Shown piece by piece: positions 1 through 13,764 of a stretch of DNA of 64,000 nucleotides (position 1 is the stretch's first letter; each line of letters begins with the position of its first letter). The notes beneath the pieces are model-generated. The model was not told the origin of the DNA, ran no database searches, and was given only the letters and a program-made list of their open reading frames with translations. The DNA is from Mobula hypostoma. Its lineage: Eukaryota. A program made the translations under genes and the position numbers. Location: assembly GCF_963921235.1 (NCBI RefSeq), contig NC_086097.1, positions 50,160,001-50,224,000 on the forward strand. Direction: 5' to 3'.

Positions 1-41
1 CCTCTCTGATTTGAGTTGACGCAATCGATGCTTTCCAAAAG

Positions 42-1800
42 ACCATGAGGCATAGGAGCAAATTAGGCCATTCAGCCCATTGAGTCTGCTCTGCCTTTCC
101 ATCAAGACCGATATATCCCTCTCAATCCCATTCTTCTGCCTTCTCCCTGTAACTATTGATGCCCTTACTAATCAAGAGCCTATCAACCCCCTTTAAATAT
201 ACCCAATGACTTGTCTGCTGCAGCCATCTGTGGTAATGAATTCTACAGATTCACCAGTTTCTGGCTGAAGAAATTCTTCCACATCGCTGTTCTAAATTGA
301 CATCCTCGTATTCTGAGGCTGTGCCCTCTAGTCTCAGACTCCCCAGCTACAGGAAACATTCTCTCCACATCCACTCTATCTAGGCCATTCAATATTCAAT
401 AAGTTTCAATTAGATCCCCCCCTCATTCTTCTGAACTCCAGTGAGTACAGGCCCAGAGCCATCAAACACTTCTTATACATTAAATCTTTTCATTCCCAGA
501 ATCATACTCGTGAACCTCCTCCAATGCCAGTGCATGCTTTCTTAGATAAGGGGCCCAAAACTGCTCATACTATTCCAGGCCTCTCGAAATGAATGCTAAC
601 ATTGCATTTGCCTTCCTTACCACCGACTCAACCCGCAGGTTAACCTTTAGGGAATACTGCATGAGGACTCCCAAGTCCCTTTGCACCACTGATTTTCTGA
701 ATTTTCTCCCCATTTAGAAAATAGCCTTTATTCCATCTACCAAAGTACATATCCATACACTTCCCAACACTGTATTCCATTTGCCACTTTGCCCATTCCC
801 CTAGTCTCTCTAAGTCCTTCTGCAACCTTCCTGCTTCCTCAACACTACCCACCCCACCACCTATCTTCATAACATCCTCAAACTTGGCCACAAAGCCAGC
901 AATTCTGTCATCCAAATCATTGATATATAACATAAAAAGAAACAGGCTCAACACTGACTCCTGTGAAGCACGACTTGTCACCAGCAGACAATCAGAAAAG
1001 TACACAACATCCTCTGATTCTCCTTTGTCTATCCTGCTTGATATTTCCTCAAAGAATTCCAACAGATTTGTCACGCAAGATTTCCCCTTAAAGAAACCAT
1101 GCTGACTTTGGCCTATTTTATCATGTGCCTCCAAGTACCCCAAAATGTCAGGTTAACAGGCCTATTATTTCCTTTCATCTGCCTTCCTCCCTTCTTGAAG
1201 AGTGAAGTGACATTTGCAGTTTTCCGGTCCTCCGGAACTACACCTGAATCTAGTGATTCGTGAAAGATCATTACTAATGCCTCTATGATATCTTCAACTA
1301 CCTCTTCCAGATCTCCTAGGGTGTTGTCCATCTGACCTTCAAACCTTTCAGCTTTCCAACTGCCTTCTCCCTTGTCATAGCAATGGCACTCACTTCTGCC
1401 TCCTGACGCTCTCGCACTTCCAGCATACTGTTAGTGTCTTCCACAGCAAGGACTGATGCAAAATACTTATTCAGTTCATCCGCCATTTCTTTGTCCCCTA
1501 TTACTACCTCTCGAGCATCATTTTCCGGCAGTTTGATATTTACTCTCACCTCTCTTTTACTCTTTGTAAATCTGAAAAACTTTTGTATTGTTCTTGATAT
1601 TATTAGCTAGCTTCCCTTCATATTTCATCTTTTCCCTCTTTTTGACTTTTTTATTTGCCTTCTGTTGGTGTTTAAAAGCTTTTCAATACTCTAACTTCCC
1701 ACTAATTTTTTTTCTCTATTCTATGCCCTCTATTTTGCTTTTATGTTGGCTTTGACTTCCCTCATCAGCTACAGTTGCATCATTCTGCCTTTTAGAATAT
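42..1800 (-). mobile_element. CR1-type LINE, 5'-truncated and degenerate (RT fragments + 3' UTR)
   Basis: Minus ORFs 640-1143, 1113-1331 and 1316-1549 carry CR1 ORF2 motifs (QHGF..GKSC.TNLLEFFEE, YINDLD, W.M.YSVGKC). The 3' UTR-like segment near 45-250 is shared with other CR1 copies in the window. Confidence 0.9.
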
Positions 1801-1859
1801 AGAGTTCAAGTTTATCATTATTCAACCATACGCACAGACCTCTTCCTTGCTGACAATCA

Positions 1860-4610
1860 ACACAGATGCACCTCAAGTATGCATGCTTCACCCACTGTGC
1901 TGTTCATGATTCCGTGGCTAAACACAGCTCCAATGCAATCTCTAAATTTGCAGATGACTCCACTGTTGTTGGTAAGATCTCAGATGGGGACAAGAAGGTG
2001 TACTGGATTGAGATAGGTTGGTTCATTGTGTCACAACAACAACCTTCCTCAGCAAGACCGAGGAACTGACTGTACACCTCAGGAAGAGGAAGTCAGAAGG
2101 ACATGCATTATTCCCCGTTGAGGGTTCAGTGATGAAAAGGGTGAGCAGCTTTAAGTTCCTGGCAATAAACATCTCAGAGGATCTCCTTGGGCACAATCAT
2201 GAAAAAGGCATCCCAGCCGCTCAACTTTGTCAGGAGTTTGAGGAGTTTTGGTATGCCGCCAAGGACCTCTAAATTTCTATAAATATATGGTGAAGAGCAT
2301 TTGACTGGTTCCATGACTGGAGACTCCAATACACAGAATCATAAGTGACTGTAGAAAATTGTGGATGCATCAAAGGAACAACCTTCCCCACCATTTCAAG
2401 AGGTAGTGCTTCAAGAAGGTAGCAACCATCACTATGACTCTCACAAAATAATCTGCAGATGCTGGGGTCAAAGCAACACTCACAACACGCTGGAGGAACT
2501 CAGCAGGTCAGGCAGCATCCGTGGAAACGATGGGTCGACGTTTCGGGCCGGAACCCTTCATTAGGACTGAAGAGGGAAGGGGCAGAGGCCCTATGAAGAA
2601 GGTGGGGGGAGGGTGGGAAGGAGAAGGCTGGTAGGTTCCAGGTGAAAAACCAGTAAGGGGAAAGATAAAGGGGTGGGGGAGGGGAAGCAGGGAGGTGATA
2701 GGCAGGAAAGGTGAAGAAAGAATAGGGGAAAACACAATGGGTAGTAGAAGGAGGTGGAACCAAGAGGGAGGTGGTAGGCAGCTGGGGGAGGGGGCAGAGT
2801 GACATAGGGATAGGGGAAGGGAGAGGGAGGGAATTACCGGAAGTTGGAGAATTCTATGTTCATACCAAGGGGCTGGAGACTACCTAGACGGTATATGAGG
2901 TGTTGCTCCTCCAACCTGAGTTTAGCCTCATCATGGCAGTAGAGGAGGCCATGTATGGACATATCTGAATGGGAGTGGGAAGCAGAGTTGAAGTGGGTGG
3001 CTACAGGGAGATCCTGTCTGTTTTGGCGGACGGAGCAGAGGTGCTCGACGAAGCGGACCCCCAATCTGCGTTGGGTTTCACCAATGTAGAGGAGCCTGCA
3101 CCGGGAGCACCAGATGCAATAGATGACCCCAACAGACTCACAAATGAAGTGTTGCCTCACTTGTAAGTACTGTTTGGGGCCCTGAATGGTGGCAAGAGAG
3201 GAGGTGTAGGGACAGGTGTAGCACTTGCGCTTACAGGGATAAGTGCCGGGTGGGAGATCCGTGGGGAGGGACGTGTGGACCAGGGAGTCACCTCACCCGC
3301 ATCTCCTCCATTTCCCGCACTTCGGCTCTCACCCCATCCTCCCACCACCACAACAGGGACAGAGTTCCCCTTGTCCTCACCTACCACCCCACTAGCCTCC
3401 GGATCCAACACATTATCCTCCGCAACTTCCGCCACCTTCAACAGGACCCCACCACTAAGCACATCTTGCCCTCTCCACCCCTCTCTGCCTTTCGCAGGGA
3501 TCGGTCCCTCCACGACTCCCTGGTCCACACGTCCCTCCCCACGGATCTCCCACCCGGCACTTATCCCTGTAAGCTCAAGTGCTACACCTGTCCCTACACC
3601 TCCTCCCTTGCCACCATTCAGGGCCCCAAATAGTACTTCCAAGTGAGGCAACACTTCACTTGTGAGTCTGTTGGGGTCATCTATTGCATCCGGTGCGCCT
3701 AGTGCGGCCTCCTCTACATCGGTGAAACCCGACGCAGATTGGGGGACTGCTTCGTCGAGCACCTCCGCTCCATCCGCCAAAACAGACAGGATCTCCCTGT
3801 AGCCACCCACTTCAACTCTGCTTCCCACTCCCATTCAGATATGTCCATACATGGCCTCCTCTACTGCCATGATGAGGCTAAACTCAGGTTGGAGGAGCAA
3901 CACCTCATATACCATCTAGGTAGTCTCCAGCCCCTTGGTATGAACATAGAATTCTCCAACTTCCGGTATTTCCCTCCCTCTCCCTTCCCCTATCCCTATG
4001 TCACTCTGCCCCCTCCCCCAGCTGCCTACCACCACCCTCTTGGTTCCGCCTCCTTCTACTACCCATTGTGTTTTCCCCTATTCTTTCTTCACCTTTCCTG
4101 CCTATCCCCTCCCTGCCTCCCTTCCCCCACCCCTTTATCTTTCCCCTTACTGGTTTTTCACCTGGAACCTACCAGCCTTCTCCTTCCCACCCTCCCCCTA
4201 CCTTCTTTATAGGGCCTCTGCCCCTTCCTCCTACAGTCCTGACAAAGGGTTCCGGCCCGAAACGATCTTTTCCACGGATGCTGCCCGACCTGCTGAGTTC
4301 CTCCAGCATGTTGTGAGTGTTACTATGACTCTCACCATCTGGGACACATGCACTCTTCCCATTACTATCATCATGGAAGGGGGATTGGAGCCTGAAGACC
4401 CACACACAGCTTTTCAGAACAGCTTCTTCCCCTCTGCCACCAGATTTCTGAATGAACATGAATACTTCCTCATTATTCCATTTTTTTCCACTGCACTATT
4501 TGTTTTGTCTTTGTAAGTTATAGTAATTTTATGATTTTGCATAGTAATGCTGCCACAACACTAAAATATTCATGTCATGGAAGACAGTGATAATAAACAT
4601 GATTCTGATT
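1860..4610 (+). mobile_element. Rex1/Babar-type LINE 3' fragment, split by a Penelope insertion (2445-4321)
   Basis: ISKFADDSTVVG RT motif at 1866-2069. The sequence resumes after 4321 (NSFFPSATRFLN). Confidence 0.75.
2445..4321. mobile_element. Penelope-like element: inverted pair of 3' halves (GIY-YIG endonuclease end + pLTR) with 14-bp TSD
   Basis: ORF 2834-3160(-) contains VIYCIWCSRCRLLYIGETQRRL (GIY-YIG), and the same coding sequence recurs on + at ~3650-3970. Arms ~2475-3289 and ~3514-4321. Direct repeat actatgactctcac at 2431-2444 and 4322-4335. Confidence 0.92.
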
Positions 4611-5001
4611 GATTCCGATTCATTACTGTATTGGTGGAGAGCGTTTTTAAGGCAGTGACACACTTCCCCACCTTTCAAGCACAAAGTTACAGCGGCTACC
4701 ACTGGGTGTGGCTGAAACTTACTGTAGTCATGAGAATGAAAATTACTCTATCAAAGTTATTATGTTACTTTTTCCCAATTTCTTTTAGGGCTGGCCCTTG
4801 AGCGGGCAATTAGCATTAAATGCAGAACCCACTTAGCATATCAAATAAGCATGAAGTTTAGCTTCTAGGCAATATATTTTATTAATATTATGTATACACT
4901 GTGGAAAGTACTTACTGGAAAATTATTTGAAGTAGTATACAAAATACAAGCGATTTATTTGGGCAATGGACAGATGACCTTTACTCTAGCTTGCCAGTTA
5001 A

Positions 5002-5200
5002 TCGATCACAAATGAGAAAATCTGCAGATACTGGAAATCTAAGCAACACACACAAAATTCTGGAGGAACTCAGCAGGCCAGGCAGCATCTATGGAAAAGA
5101 GACAAGTCCTTCTGAAGGGTCTTGGCCCAAAATGTCGAGTGTACTCTTTTCCATAGATGCTGCCTGGCCGCTGTGTTCCTTCAGCATTTTGTATGTGTTG
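5002..5200. mobile_element. Short fold-back Penelope-terminus insertion with TSD
   Basis: Inverted copies of the pLTR terminus (ggaggaactcagcaggccaggcagcatctatggaa and its reverse complement). ttgccagttaa is repeated at 4991-5001 and 5198-5208. Confidence 0.8.
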
Positions 5201-6469
5201 CCAGTTAACCACTTGAAATTCTTATTTCCAGGATTTAGTCTGTCTAACATTGCTTTACTCCTATTAGGTCCTAAGTGTCCCAACGTCTGAATTTTACAAT
5301 TAATTTAATAAATCCAAATATAAGGGTAGTCCATCTGTTGCTTCTTCTCTGATCTTGTTATAATTTTACTTGTTGAATGACATACAATGTAATTTGGATC
5401 ATTTTGGAATTGATCAGCATTGCTGTTTTGATTTTCTCTCTTCAATAATTTTAGCCACAGAAATATTAATTTTTAATTTTATTTCAGTATTTTCAAGAAA
5501 GGGATATACAGCTTAAATTTTCTTTGTACAACTGAATAAAATTTTAAAGGCAGCGTTTCCACTGTTTGATAATTCTGACCTTGTGTGATACGTAGGCAGC
5601 ATGGTAATCAAAACCGTTTGGTAAATGCCTGAAGTTCTTGCCCTTCAGAAATGCAGTTGCATGATCTCCTCTTTACAACTGTCTTGATCAGACAGTTTTT
5701 TCTAGTTGTTAGTTACTCCCCTTCTTTTCTTAGTCAGGTTTATTTGGCATACTTTCAAAGTAATTACAAAGTATTATAATGTAATTTGATCTTGCACTCT
5801 TATTAAGAAGTAACAGGCTGACTCTCTTAGTTATGTCGTGGGGACTAGCAAACACATTCAAAAAGGTTGTCTCATGATATAAATATAACAACGAGTGCAG
5901 AATAGGATTATAAATCATGGTTTTCAGCAGGACAGAATCCAACAAATCTAAGATTAAGATTTTTGGTTAGGAATAGTTTTACTAGACACTGTTAGCATAT
6001 TCTATAAAGTAAAAATGGATTGCTAAAACTTACCAGAAAACTTGTAAAGGTCTAATCCCTGGTATCTTGAGAATTTGCAGAAACTAGTCCTGAAGTGAAC
6101 AAACCATAATCATCAGCCTGACTGCTGTGTTCTGTCAGTGTATGAGTGTCAACTAGGCAAAGTTGTTATGTGAAACTAGTTTTGTCTATGTAAGGATTTG
6201 GGGGCGGTCCATTGCGATCAAATTTGACTGTGCTTCCACTAATCAAGCTGCCTAACCAAAGCAGATTTCAAACCCACAGATTTCAAATAACAACTGGGCT
6301 GCAGCATTCAGACAGAAGCTGCTCATTCAATTATCCCTTTATTACTAGTGTCGTCACAGTTGTTTAAGAACTATTTTTTTCTGTATCTCCTACATCTTTA
6401 CCCAAAAATTAACAGCTTATTTTTGTGTTGCCCTGCACCTACCATTCACACCTCCAAATACCAACTGCT

Positions 6470-8018
6470 ATTATCCCGATTTTCACTTCCCCCAGCTCCC
6501 ACCTTCCACCTACTCCCCAGTCATCATGGACTCACTTCCAAAGAGCAGGTAAGAAGGCTCTGGGGAAACTCAGACACTGCAAAGCATTGGAACCGGATAG
6601 TGTGAACCCCAAGGTCCTGAAGGAGTGTGCTGAGCAGATGTGTGGAGTTCTCCAGTGCACTTTCAATCGGAATCTCAGCCTAGAAAGGGTCCCAACTGCA
6701 TGGAAAACATCATGTGGTCCCAGTACCCAAGGAGGGCCAAGCAAAAGTCTTGAATGACTACCATCCAGTGGCCCTAACCTCACAGATCATGAAGACCCTA
6801 GAGAGGCTGGTCCTGGCTCACCTCCAACTCCTGGTCAGATCTGGCCTCAATCCCCTGCAGTTTGCCTGCCAGGAGCACACTGGAGTTGATGATGCTATCA
6901 TCTACCTGATGAACACGTTTTTTGATTTCTCAAGTGCCTTCAATAGCATACAGCCCTCATTGCTGAGGGAAAAGCTCCGGTCAACGCAGGTTGGTATTTC
7001 CATTGTATCCTGGATAATGAACTACCTGACTAGCAGACCACAGCTTGTGCGGCTTCAGAACTGTGTGTCAGACATGGTTACAAGCAGCAACAGGGGACTG
7101 TACTGGCTCCCTTCCTGTTACACTGTATACATCGGACTTTAGATACAACACTGAGTCATGCCATCTGTGGAGATTCTCTGATGACTCAGCGATAGTTGGG
7201 TGTATAAAGGGAGGACAGGAGGATGAATACAGGGCCCTGGTGGAGGACTATGTCAAATGGTGCAAGCTGAATCACCTGCAGCTCGACATCAGTAAGACAA
7301 GGGAGATGGTGGTGGACTTTAGGAAGACCAAGCTTGCACTGCTCCCTGTTACTGTTGATAGTGAGGACATGGATGTGGTGAGAGCCTGCAAGTACCTGGG
7401 GTGCACCTGGGCGACAGATTTGAGTGCAGCACAACACAGAGGCTGTGTACAAGAAGGGCCAGAGTTGACTCTACTTCCTGAGGAGACTGAGGTCCTTTGG
7501 AGTGTGCAGGCCTCTCCTTCACATGTTCTACCATTCTGTTATAGCAGCGGCAATCTTCTATGCAGTGGTGTGCTGGGGCAATGGCATCAACCACAGGTGA
7601 TGCCCCCAGGCTCAATAAACTGATTAGAAGGGCTGGCTCTGTTATAGGAGTCAAACTGGACACACTGGAGGCTGTGGTAGAACAAAGGACCGTATGGAAA
7701 ATCCTGGCAATTCCGGACAATGATTCTCACCCCTCTGCATGCTGCCTTGCCTGAACAGAGGAGCACCTTTAGTAATAGACTAAGACAACTGCACTGCTCC
7801 AAAGAGCCCTATATGATGTCATTCTTACCCTCGGCCACTAGGCTCTATAATGAGTCAGCCTATAGCTGGGACAGTGATGACCCCTTCATGTTAGACTGTT
7901 TGAGGTAACTTATTTTTTATTCTTTCTAACTTTTCTTCTAACATTTGTATATCTGTGCACTTGTAAAGCTGGGGTGACACTCTAATTTCCTTTGGGATCA
8001 ATAAAGTATCTATCTATA
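6470..8018 (+). mobile_element. Rex1/Babar-type LINE, RT domain to 3' tail, frameshifted
   Basis: ORFs 6425-6757, 6714-7142, 7045-7623 and 7560-7908 give VPVPK..LNDYHPVALTSQIMKTLERL, DFSSAFN, FSDDSAIVG. Ends in gggatcaataaagtatctatctat. Confidence 0.85.
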
Positions 8019-8081
8019 TAAAATAGAGAAAATTGACCAAAGGAGCCTGACAGATGCATATTCTGATAAAATGGGTACGTC

Positions 8082-8482
8082 CATAAGACCATAAGACCAC
8101 AAGACAAAGGAGCAGAAGTCGGCCATTCGGCCCATCGAGACTGCTCCGCCATTTTATCATGAGCTGATCCATTATCCCATTTAGTCCCATTCCCCCGCCT
8201 TCTCACCATAACCTTTGATGCCCTGGCTACTCAGATACCTATCAATCTCTGCCTTAAATACCCCCAATGACTTGACCTCCACTGCTGCCCATGGCAACAA
8301 ATTTCACAGATTCACCACCCTCTGGCTAAAAAAATTTCTTCTCATTTCTGTTCTGAATGGGCGCCCTTCAATCCTTAAGTCATGTCCTCTCATACTAGAC
8401 GGCCCCACCATGAAAAATAACTTTGCCACATCCACTCTGTCCATGCCTTTCAACATTCAAAATGTATCTATGAGGTCCCCCT
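8082..8482 (-). mobile_element. CR1 LINE 3' fragment
   Basis: (cataagac)n tail and a 3' UTR that is the reverse complement of 25213-25600. Confidence 0.85.
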
Positions 8483-9424
8483 GACTATGAGGTCAGAGGA
8501 GATGTTTGTAGAGGTGGCATAAAGTAAGACCAAAACACTGAGTTTTACTGAAGGTCTTACAGAAGGATCGAGAACTGATGAGGCAGAGGTTTCACGTCTA
8601 AATTTCAGAGCAGGAGGATGAGGCAGCAGAAGAGATGGCCACCAATGATGGGGCAGAGGTGTCACATCGTTGTTATGCTGAAGGCAAATATTAAGGAGTG
8701 GTTTAATGAGGCATTGAAAAACAATCTCAATATTCTCTCACCAAGTTTAATTTTGAGTATCAGCTTTAGCAAGTAGAATATGTTAACTTTAATGTTCACA
8801 CCAAGGTCCTCTGATGTCAGTTGAACTGGAGTATTTCTTAAATGCAGTCATGCGTGTCAGGTTCAATGAAAAGCCTTTACAAATCAGATTTAGGTGCAAG
8901 GGTGTGAGGTAAAGTTTTCTTTCTGGGTTGGCAACCTAGAGAACCAACTGGGGCTGAAAGGAATATTTACTGACTTCCCTAACAAGGGCAATGCTTCTGC
9001 TTACCCTTTTCTGTCCCCACTATCACACTCCCCTCTGTCACCTATCTTCCCATGGACACTATCCCTATTGGCGCATAATTTCCTGCATGTCTTCAATAAT
9101 ATTATTGCCAGCTTTGGACAGGAGCCAAATATCACAACCTTAATTTAGCAAGGAAACCTCCTTTGGATTTATAAAAATGCAGATTATTCCTCTCCCTTCT
9201 TCTTTTTTTCTCATTCACCCTATCCCAAACTAAAGGGCTAACATATTTTCTGTAATTAATGACTTGCCCATAAAACATTCTCAAAAATTGTACTGAATAT
9301 CAAAGCTTCAAGAACATGAAGTCAATGCAAGAAATGTTTAATGAGAAAGGAAAGACCTAAGAAAGATAATTATTGGTGTTGAAAGAGCTTAACCTGAAGA
9401 GGGTACTCAATGCCCAAACCTGAA

Positions 9425-12400
9425 CACCAGTTCCTCGTGCTGGAGAGGGCAGGATCAGGGAGATAATGGATCTGAATGTGTGGCTGAGGAACTGGTGCAG
9501 GAAGCAAGGATTTACATTCTTGGACCACTGGGGTATGTTTTGGGGTAAGGATGAATTGTACAAAAGGGACGGGTTGCACCTCAATAGACGGGGGACCAGC
9601 ATTCTGGCAGGCAGGTTTGCCACTGCAACACGGGTGTGTTTAAACTAAGTAATGGGGGGGGGGGTGGGAGGGGACGAACTGGAAATATAAGGATGGAGGT
9701 AAAAGGAAAGTGAGAATGAGAAAAGTTAAGAAAGACAACAGAATCAATGGAGCAGAAAGCTCAAGAAGGGATCATACAGTATGGCCAAGTGAATTAGGAA
9801 TTGATATGAAAGCTGAGGGGAGTAATGAATTAAAAGTATTATATATGAATGCACGGAGTATAAGAAATAAAGTGGATGAGCTTGAGGCACAGTTGGAAAT
9901 TGGTAAGTATGATGTTGTGGGAATAACAGAGACATGGCTTCAAGTGGACAGGGCCTGGGAAATGAATATTCAAGGGTATACGTCCTATCGAAAGGACAGA
10001 CTGATGGGCAGAGGGGGTGGGGTGGCTCTGTTGGTGAGGAATGATATTCAGTCCCTTGCGAGGGGGGACATAGAATCAGGAGACGTAGAGTCAGTATGGA
10101 TAGAACTGAGAAATTCTAAGGGTAGAAAGACCCAAATGGGAGTTATCTACAGGCCCCCAAACAGTAGTCTGGATGTAGGGTGTAAATTGAATCAAGAGTT
10201 AAAATTGGCATGTTGCAAAGGTAATGCTACAGTTGTTATGGGGGTTTTCAACATGCAGGTAGACTGAAAGAATCAGGTTGGTACTGGACCCCAAGAAAGG
10301 GAATTTGTGGAGTGCCTCTGAGGTGGATTCTTAGAACAGCTTGTACTGGAGCCTACCAGAGAGAAGGCAATTCTAGATTTAGTGTTGTGCAATGAACTGG
10401 ATTTGATCAGGGACCCCGAGGTAAAGGAGCCATTAGGAGGTAGTGACCATAATATGATAAGTTTTAATCTACAAATTGAGAGGGAGAAGGGAAAATCGGA
10501 AGTGTCAGTATTACAGTTGAACAACGGGAACTATGGAGCTATGAGGGAGAAGCTGGCCAAAGTTCAGTGGAACAATACCCTAGCAGGGATGACAGTGGAA
10601 CAACAATGGCAGGTATTTCTGGGAATAATGCAGAAGGTGCAGGATCAGTACATTCCAAAGAGGAAGGAAGATCCTAAGGGGAGTAAGGGGAGGCCATGGC
10701 TGACAAGCTAAGTAAAGGACAGTGTAAAAATAAAAGAGAAGAAGTATAACATAGCAAAGATGAGTGGGAAGCCGGAGGATTGGGAAACTTTTAAAGAGCA
10801 ACAGAAGATAACTAAAAAGGCAATATATAGAGAAAAATGAGGTACGAAGGTAAACTAGCCAAGAATATAAAGGAGGATAGTAAAAGCTTCTTTAGGTATG
10901 TGAAAAGGAAAAAAATAGTTAAGACCAAAATTGGGCCCTTGAAGACAGAAACGGGTGAATTTATTATGGGGAACAAGGAAATGGCAGACGAGTTGAACAG
11001 GTACTTTAGATCTGTCTTCACTAGCGAAAACACAAACAATCTCCCAGATATAATAGTGGCCAAAGGACCTAGGGTAATGGATGAACTGAAGGAAATTTAT
11101 ATTAGGCGGGAAATGGTGTTGGATAGACTGTTGGGTCTGAAGGCTGATAAGTCCCCAGGACCTGATGGTCTGCACCCCAGGGTACTTAAGGAGGTGGCTT
11201 TAGAAATCGTGGACTCATTGTTAATCATTTTCCAATGTTCTATAACTTCAGGATCAGTTCCTGTGGATTGGAGGGTGACTAATGTTGTCCCACTTTTTAA
11301 GAAAGGAGGGAGTGAGAAAGCAGGGAATTATAGACCAGCTAGCCTGACGTCAGTGGTGGGAAAGATGCTGGAGTCAATTATAAAAGATGAAATTATGACA
11401 CATTTATATAGCAGTAACAGGATAGGTCCGAGTCAGCATGGATTTACGAAGGGGAAATCGTGCTTGACTAATCTTCTGGAATTTTTTGAGGATGTAACTA
11501 TGAAAATGGACAAGGGAGAGCCAGTGGGTGTAGTGTACCTGGACTTTCAGAAAGCCTTTGATAAAGTCCCACATAGGAGATTAGTGGGCAAAATTAGGGC
11601 ACATAGTATTGGGGGCAGAGTACTGACATGGATTGAAAATTGGCTGGCTGACAGGAAACAAAGAGTAGCGATTAACGGGTCCCTTTCGGAATGGCAGGCA
11701 GTGACCAGTGGGGTACCGCAGGGTTCAGTGCTGGGACCGCAGCTGTTTACAATATACATTAATGATTTAGATGAAGGGATTCAAAGTAACATTAGCAAAT
11801 TTGCAGATGACACAAAGCTGGGTGGCAGTGTGAAATGTGAGGAAGATGTTATGAGAATGCAGGGTGACTTGGACAGGCTGGGTGAGTGGGTGGATGCATG
11901 GCAGATGCAGTTTAATGTGGATAAATGTGAGGTTATCCACTTTGGTGATAAGAACAGGAAGGCAGATTATTACCTAAATGGAGTCAAGTTAGGAAAAGGG
12001 GAAGTACAACGAGATCTAGGTGTTCTTGTACATCAGTCACTGAAAGCAAGCATGCAGGTACAACAGGCAATGAAGAAAGCTAATAGCATGCTGGCCTTCA
12101 TAACAAGGGGAATTGAGTATAGGAGCAAAGAGGTCCTTCTGCAGCTGTACAAGGCCCTGGTGAGACCACACCTGGAGTATTGTGTGCAGTTTTGGTCTCC
12201 AAATTTGAGGAAGGACATTCTTGCTATTGAGGGAGTGCAGCATAGGTTCACAAGGTTAATTCCCGGGATGGCAGGACTGTCATATGTCGAAAGATTGGAG
12301 CGACTGGGCTTGTATACACTGGAATTTAGAAGGATGAGAGGGGATCTGATTGAAACATTTAAGATTATTAAGGGATTGGACACGCTGGAGGCAGGAAGCA

Positions 12401-12728
12401 TGATCCCACTGATGGGTGAGTCCAGAACCAGAGGCCACAGTTTAAGAATAAGGGGTAGGCCATTTAGAACGGAGTTAAGGAAAAACTTTTTCACCCAGAG
12501 AGTGGTGGATATGTGGAATGCTGTGCCCAGAAGGCAGTGGAGGCCAAGTCTCTGGATGTTTTCAAGAAAGAGATGGATAGAGCCCTTAAAGGTAGCAGAA
12601 TCAAAGGTTATGGGGATAAAGCAGGAACTGGATACTGATTGTGGATGATCAGCCATGATCACAGTGAATGGTGGTGCTGGCTCGAAGGGCCGAACGACCT
12701 ACTCCTGTACCTATTGTCTATTGTCTAT
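9425..12728 (+). mobile_element. CR1 LINE, ~3.3 kb: ORF1 esterase C-terminus + complete but disrupted ORF2 (APE endonuclease + RT)
   Basis: ORF1 remnant DGLHLN at 9466-9648. Endonuclease motifs YMNARS, GITETW, SDHN. RT ORF 10837-12648. (attgtct)n tail. In-frame stops near 10265, 10319 and 10709. Confidence 0.95.
10837..12648 (+). pseudogene. CR1 ORF2 reverse transcriptase portion (603 aa open frame)
   Basis: Motifs [35 protein letters not shown]. Separated from the endonuclease part by stops and a frameshift, and apparently frameshifted near the C-terminus. Confidence 0.92.
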
Positions 12729-12764
12729 CCCAACATTGTAAAGCCATTTTAAATAATAATTACA

Positions 12765-13322
12765 CACTCAGTGGCTACTTTATTAGGTACACCTGTACAT
12801 CTGCTCATTAATGCAAATATCTAATCAGCCAATCACGTGGCAGCAATTCAATGCATAAAAGCATGCAGACATGGTCAAGAGGTTCACTTGTTGTTCAGAG
12901 TAAACACCAGAAAGGGGAAAGAAATGTGACTAAGATCGTCTAAGTGACTTTGATCATGACATAATTGTTGGTGCCAGACAGGATGGTTTGAGTTTCTCAG
13001 AAACTGCTGATCTCCTGTAAATTTCAGGAACAACAGTCTGCAGAGTTGATAGAGGATGGTGTGAAAAACAAAAAACTGTCTAGTGAGTGGTGGTTCTGTC
13101 ATCAAAAATGCCTTGTTAATGAGAGAGGTTGGAAGAGAATGGCCAGACTGGTTCAAGCTGACAGGAAAGCATTAGTAACCCAAAAAACTACGAGTCACAA
13201 TAGGGGTGTGCAGAAGAGCATCTCTGAATGCAGCACACATCAAACCTGGAAGTGGGTGGGCTACAGTAGCACAAGACCATACCAGGTTCCAATCCTGTAC
13301 TGAGTAAAGTGGCCATTGAGTG
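12765..13322 (+). mobile_element. Tc1-family non-autonomous DNA transposon
   Basis: Terminal inverted repeats cactcagtggctactttattaggtaca ... tgtactgagtaaagtggccattgagtg followed by TA. Internal ORF 13046-13303 resembles a Tc1 transposase DNA-binding region (RMARLVQADRKA...GYSSTRP). Confidence 0.8.
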
Positions 13323-13764
13323 TATAGTACAGAATTTATGATGAAGACTTGACAGTTCAAAGTAGAATGATTTTAGATTGTGTCTCAATGTCCAATTTAG
13401 TTTCTAATATCTTATTTAATGTATCACAGAAGACAACTTACTTTGCTCTAGCAAAATCAACAAAACAAAATCATATACTCACCAATACTGAAAGACAATT
13501 TTGAGAACCACAAACATTTACGTTTATCGGAATGATATTGTCACGTACAAAATACCCTCTTACCTTGAGACAGCACAAAAAAGAGAAAGGAGGGCAATAT
13601 ATTGCCTATCATCCAGCTAGCTCTGGACAACAGCATTCCAACTAATCTGACAATCCCACTCTTTCCCCTTAACCTTTTTTTATTTTCAAGTCCCTACTGA
13701 CCAAATTGCCTAAATATGATAATCCCATTTGTTTGTGTTGGACCTCTAAACTTTTCCTATCCAC

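Noticed and set aside
2500..4516. Multiple overlapping Pro/Ser-rich ORFs, including 3157-3834 (225 aa)
   Set aside because: Alternative or antisense frames of the Penelope inverted repeat, not host genes.
12033..12662. 209-aa antisense ORF and similar shadow ORFs over CR1 copies
   Set aside because: Typical antisense open frames of CR1 ORF2.
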